Shown: one piece after another, positions 61,876 through 64,000 of the stretch
Layout of the letters: every line of letters starts with the position of its first letter
How positions within the stretch are numbered: the stretch's first letter is position 1
Origin: Hydrolagus affinis
Lineage: Eukaryota
Reading direction: 5' to 3'
Length of the DNA stretch: 64,000 bases
Assembly (NCBI GenBank): GCA_012026655.1
Contig: JAAILG010000022.1
Span: forward strand, 1-64,000
Position numbers and translations under genes: made by a program
Notes under the pieces: model-generated
The model's input: only the letters and a program-made list of their open reading frames with translations
The model's database searches: none
Told to the model about the DNA's origin: nothing

Positions 61876-62240
61876 ACAACAACAACTTGCATTTATATAG
61901 CACCCCTCATGCAGGGTAGATTCTCAGAGAACTTGACAGTGGCGGAGCACGACACCAAGCTGGGGGTGGGTGGTGGGGGTGATTGTAGGCAGACTATAGA
62001 CAGTAGGTAGACTATAGACAATAGGCACAGTCGAAGAGTAAGGTTTTACTGCTTGCTCTGGCTGAAGAGGGCATGAGTGACATGCAGAGAGGAGCTAATT
62101 GAGCTGACACAGTGGGTGGTGAAGTGGGTCGGAAAGATAGGGAGGTGCCAGGATCCGAAAGGATTTGAAAACAAGTGTGAGGATGTAGAAATTGATCCCT
62201 TTGGCAATAAAGAGGCAGCAGAGCTTGGCTAGGACTACAG
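61876..62240 (-). mobile_element. L2 LINE 3' fragment
   Basis: (GTT)n tail; reverse-complement translation resembles [13 protein letters not shown] of L2 ORF2. Confidence 0.7.
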
Positions 62241-63046
62241 ATTTGAAAGAAATACAGTACTATCATATTTTCTGTGAACTTCTTGCCAGTAGATTAGTAA
62301 TTTCCCAGCTAAAATGGATAATTTTATATGAGTGCCTTAACAGTAGTCTCAATAAATAAATAACAAACTTGTCAGAACAAGTTGTGCCATAAATAGATAT
62401 TATGGTGTGCAACAGAAGAGTTAATGAGTGATAGAAATAATGCACTAAATCATCTGTTGTCTACACCTGTCAGAAAATATGTCCATGAGATTGCTATCTT
62501 TATCAGTCTGGATCATCTACCTTCCACAGCTGCAGCCAGGAACTAGATCAGATCACAAACTCTCATCTATGTATCAGGTGGATATGAAATTATGTCAGGA
62601 GAACTCAATAGGAAACTTTACAAAATATGTTTGCAGAACTAGATATGTATTTCTCGACTAAGCTGTTCTCTTGGCCTATTGCACTGAAAGATTCTTAAGC
62701 ATCTCTCACCAGAACTATGCTCAGGTTGGTTATTGTTTTTTTAGTGGTGCTATCATGCGAGACAGGGTTTACTTCACTTTCTGAATACCAGTTGACTAAA
62801 ATAATTTTACAGTACCTGTAATTTCCTCTTTAACATATATAACACTTAAGGGAAAAAAAATCTATACATAACAAGACAATAGTATGAATATATATACTGC
62901 ACGACATGATTAAATATTCTTGTTATATAATTCTTCACAGATATTTGACTGAAGAACATAGGCATTAGTCAATGTTCCAAAATTTTGATTTTAATAGTAA
63001 AAAAAATTTTATGTAGAATTAATAAATGGAATGCTTGCTGTTGATT

Positions 63047-63220
63047 GATAATAATAAGTTACATTTGATATAGCATTTTTCATGCCTTCTAGACATCTCA
63101 AAATGCTTCACAAAATATATTGTAAACTGAATTGATTGTATATTTGTGGGCAAAATGCAACAGTCAATTGCACACAGCAGTGTCCCACAAACAGTCATGG
63201 ATTGAAGTGACCAACTTGTT
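63047..63220 (-). mobile_element. Deu-type SINE 3' half
   Basis: Family match. Confidence 0.85.
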
Positions 63221-63289
63221 ATTGTTTTTTGATGATGATGAGCATTCTGTTCAGCATCACACACCCACCTTCTATGAACCAAAAAATGT

Positions 63290-63435
63290 AGCGTATCAAG
63301 GCACTTAACTTAACAGTGGCAGAGCCTGAGTCCGAGCCTGGAGATGGAGTGTGTGACTGGGGAATGTGGCCGTAAGCATGGTAGAAGAGGTTTTTCAGGT
63401 GGGACTTGCAAAGAGGACAGATTGAGAGAGAGAGT
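63290..63435 (-). mobile_element. L2 fragment
   Basis: LCKSHLKNLFYHAY resembles the L2 terminal FKxxLKTxLF motif. Confidence 0.6.
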
Positions 63436-63469
63436 TCTTTCATTTCCCCAAAGAAATAAAATGTGGTAC

Positions 63470-63612
63470 CTCAATCCACAACTGTTTATTGAACACTGTT
63501 TGTTAGCTCCCACAAAATATAGTCAATTCACTTCACAATACATTTTGTGAAGCACTTTGAGGCTTCTCAATTAAGTGATATTTTGCTATTTCAAATGCAA
63601 AGATTATTAATA
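63470..63612 (+). mobile_element. Deu-type SINE 3' half
   Basis: Family match. Confidence 0.75.
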
Positions 63613-64000
63613 ATTGTTTCTAGACTAGACATCAGGGCTATTTGGTGGACCTTGGCATGTGCAAATCTGTAGAGGCAACGAATGCACAGTAGAAACTGTC
63701 CTTTCTTATCAATGATATGATTGAAATAAATATTTAGTCGGATCCTGTCAAAGCAACTTTTTCTCAAGCAAAATCTACCTCCAGTAAGCATGAGTACAGT
63801 TTTTATTTTAAATGGAATTCATTATTTGCATTCTTATTTTTTTTAAAAAATGTATGTTTTTTTCTTTCCCTGATAGCAAAATGCAGATCTTCAGGCAGTA
63901 GCAATAAAAACCAAATTAACATTACAGTAGGAGGGTAGCAAATTTTTTATTTTAAATGGAATTCATTATTATTTGCATTCTTATTTTTTAAAAAAAAGTA

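Overview
This is vertebrate (eukaryotic) genomic DNA. The repeat families (L2, CR1, Deu-type tRNA-SINEs, a Penelope-like fragment) and compact introns suggest a cartilaginous fish, possibly a chimaera; that is inference. The first ~10.7 kb hold two head-to-head genes whose exons I reconstructed from GT-AG boundaries. CRYZ (zeta-crystallin/NADPH:quinone reductase) is on the minus strand with 7 coding exons in the window; its last exon lies upstream of base 1. TYW3 (tRNA-wybutosine methyltransferase) is on the plus strand with 6 exons and 247 aa. The two genes share a very short CpG-island bidirectional promoter. The remaining ~53 kb contain no recognisable protein gene: an AT-rich desert dotted with SINE/LINE remnants. 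In mammals the gene after TYW3 is LHX8, so this may be part of its regulatory landscape. I found no convincing new multi-gene system. The best leads are structural: several foldback/inverted-repeat elements (one with a nested 16-mer array plus TTAGGG repeats), a ~960-bp inverted duplication, decayed Penelope-type hammerhead ribozyme motifs, a recurrent L2/Deu chimeric retroelement, and an L2 tail abutting a TYW3 splice acceptor.
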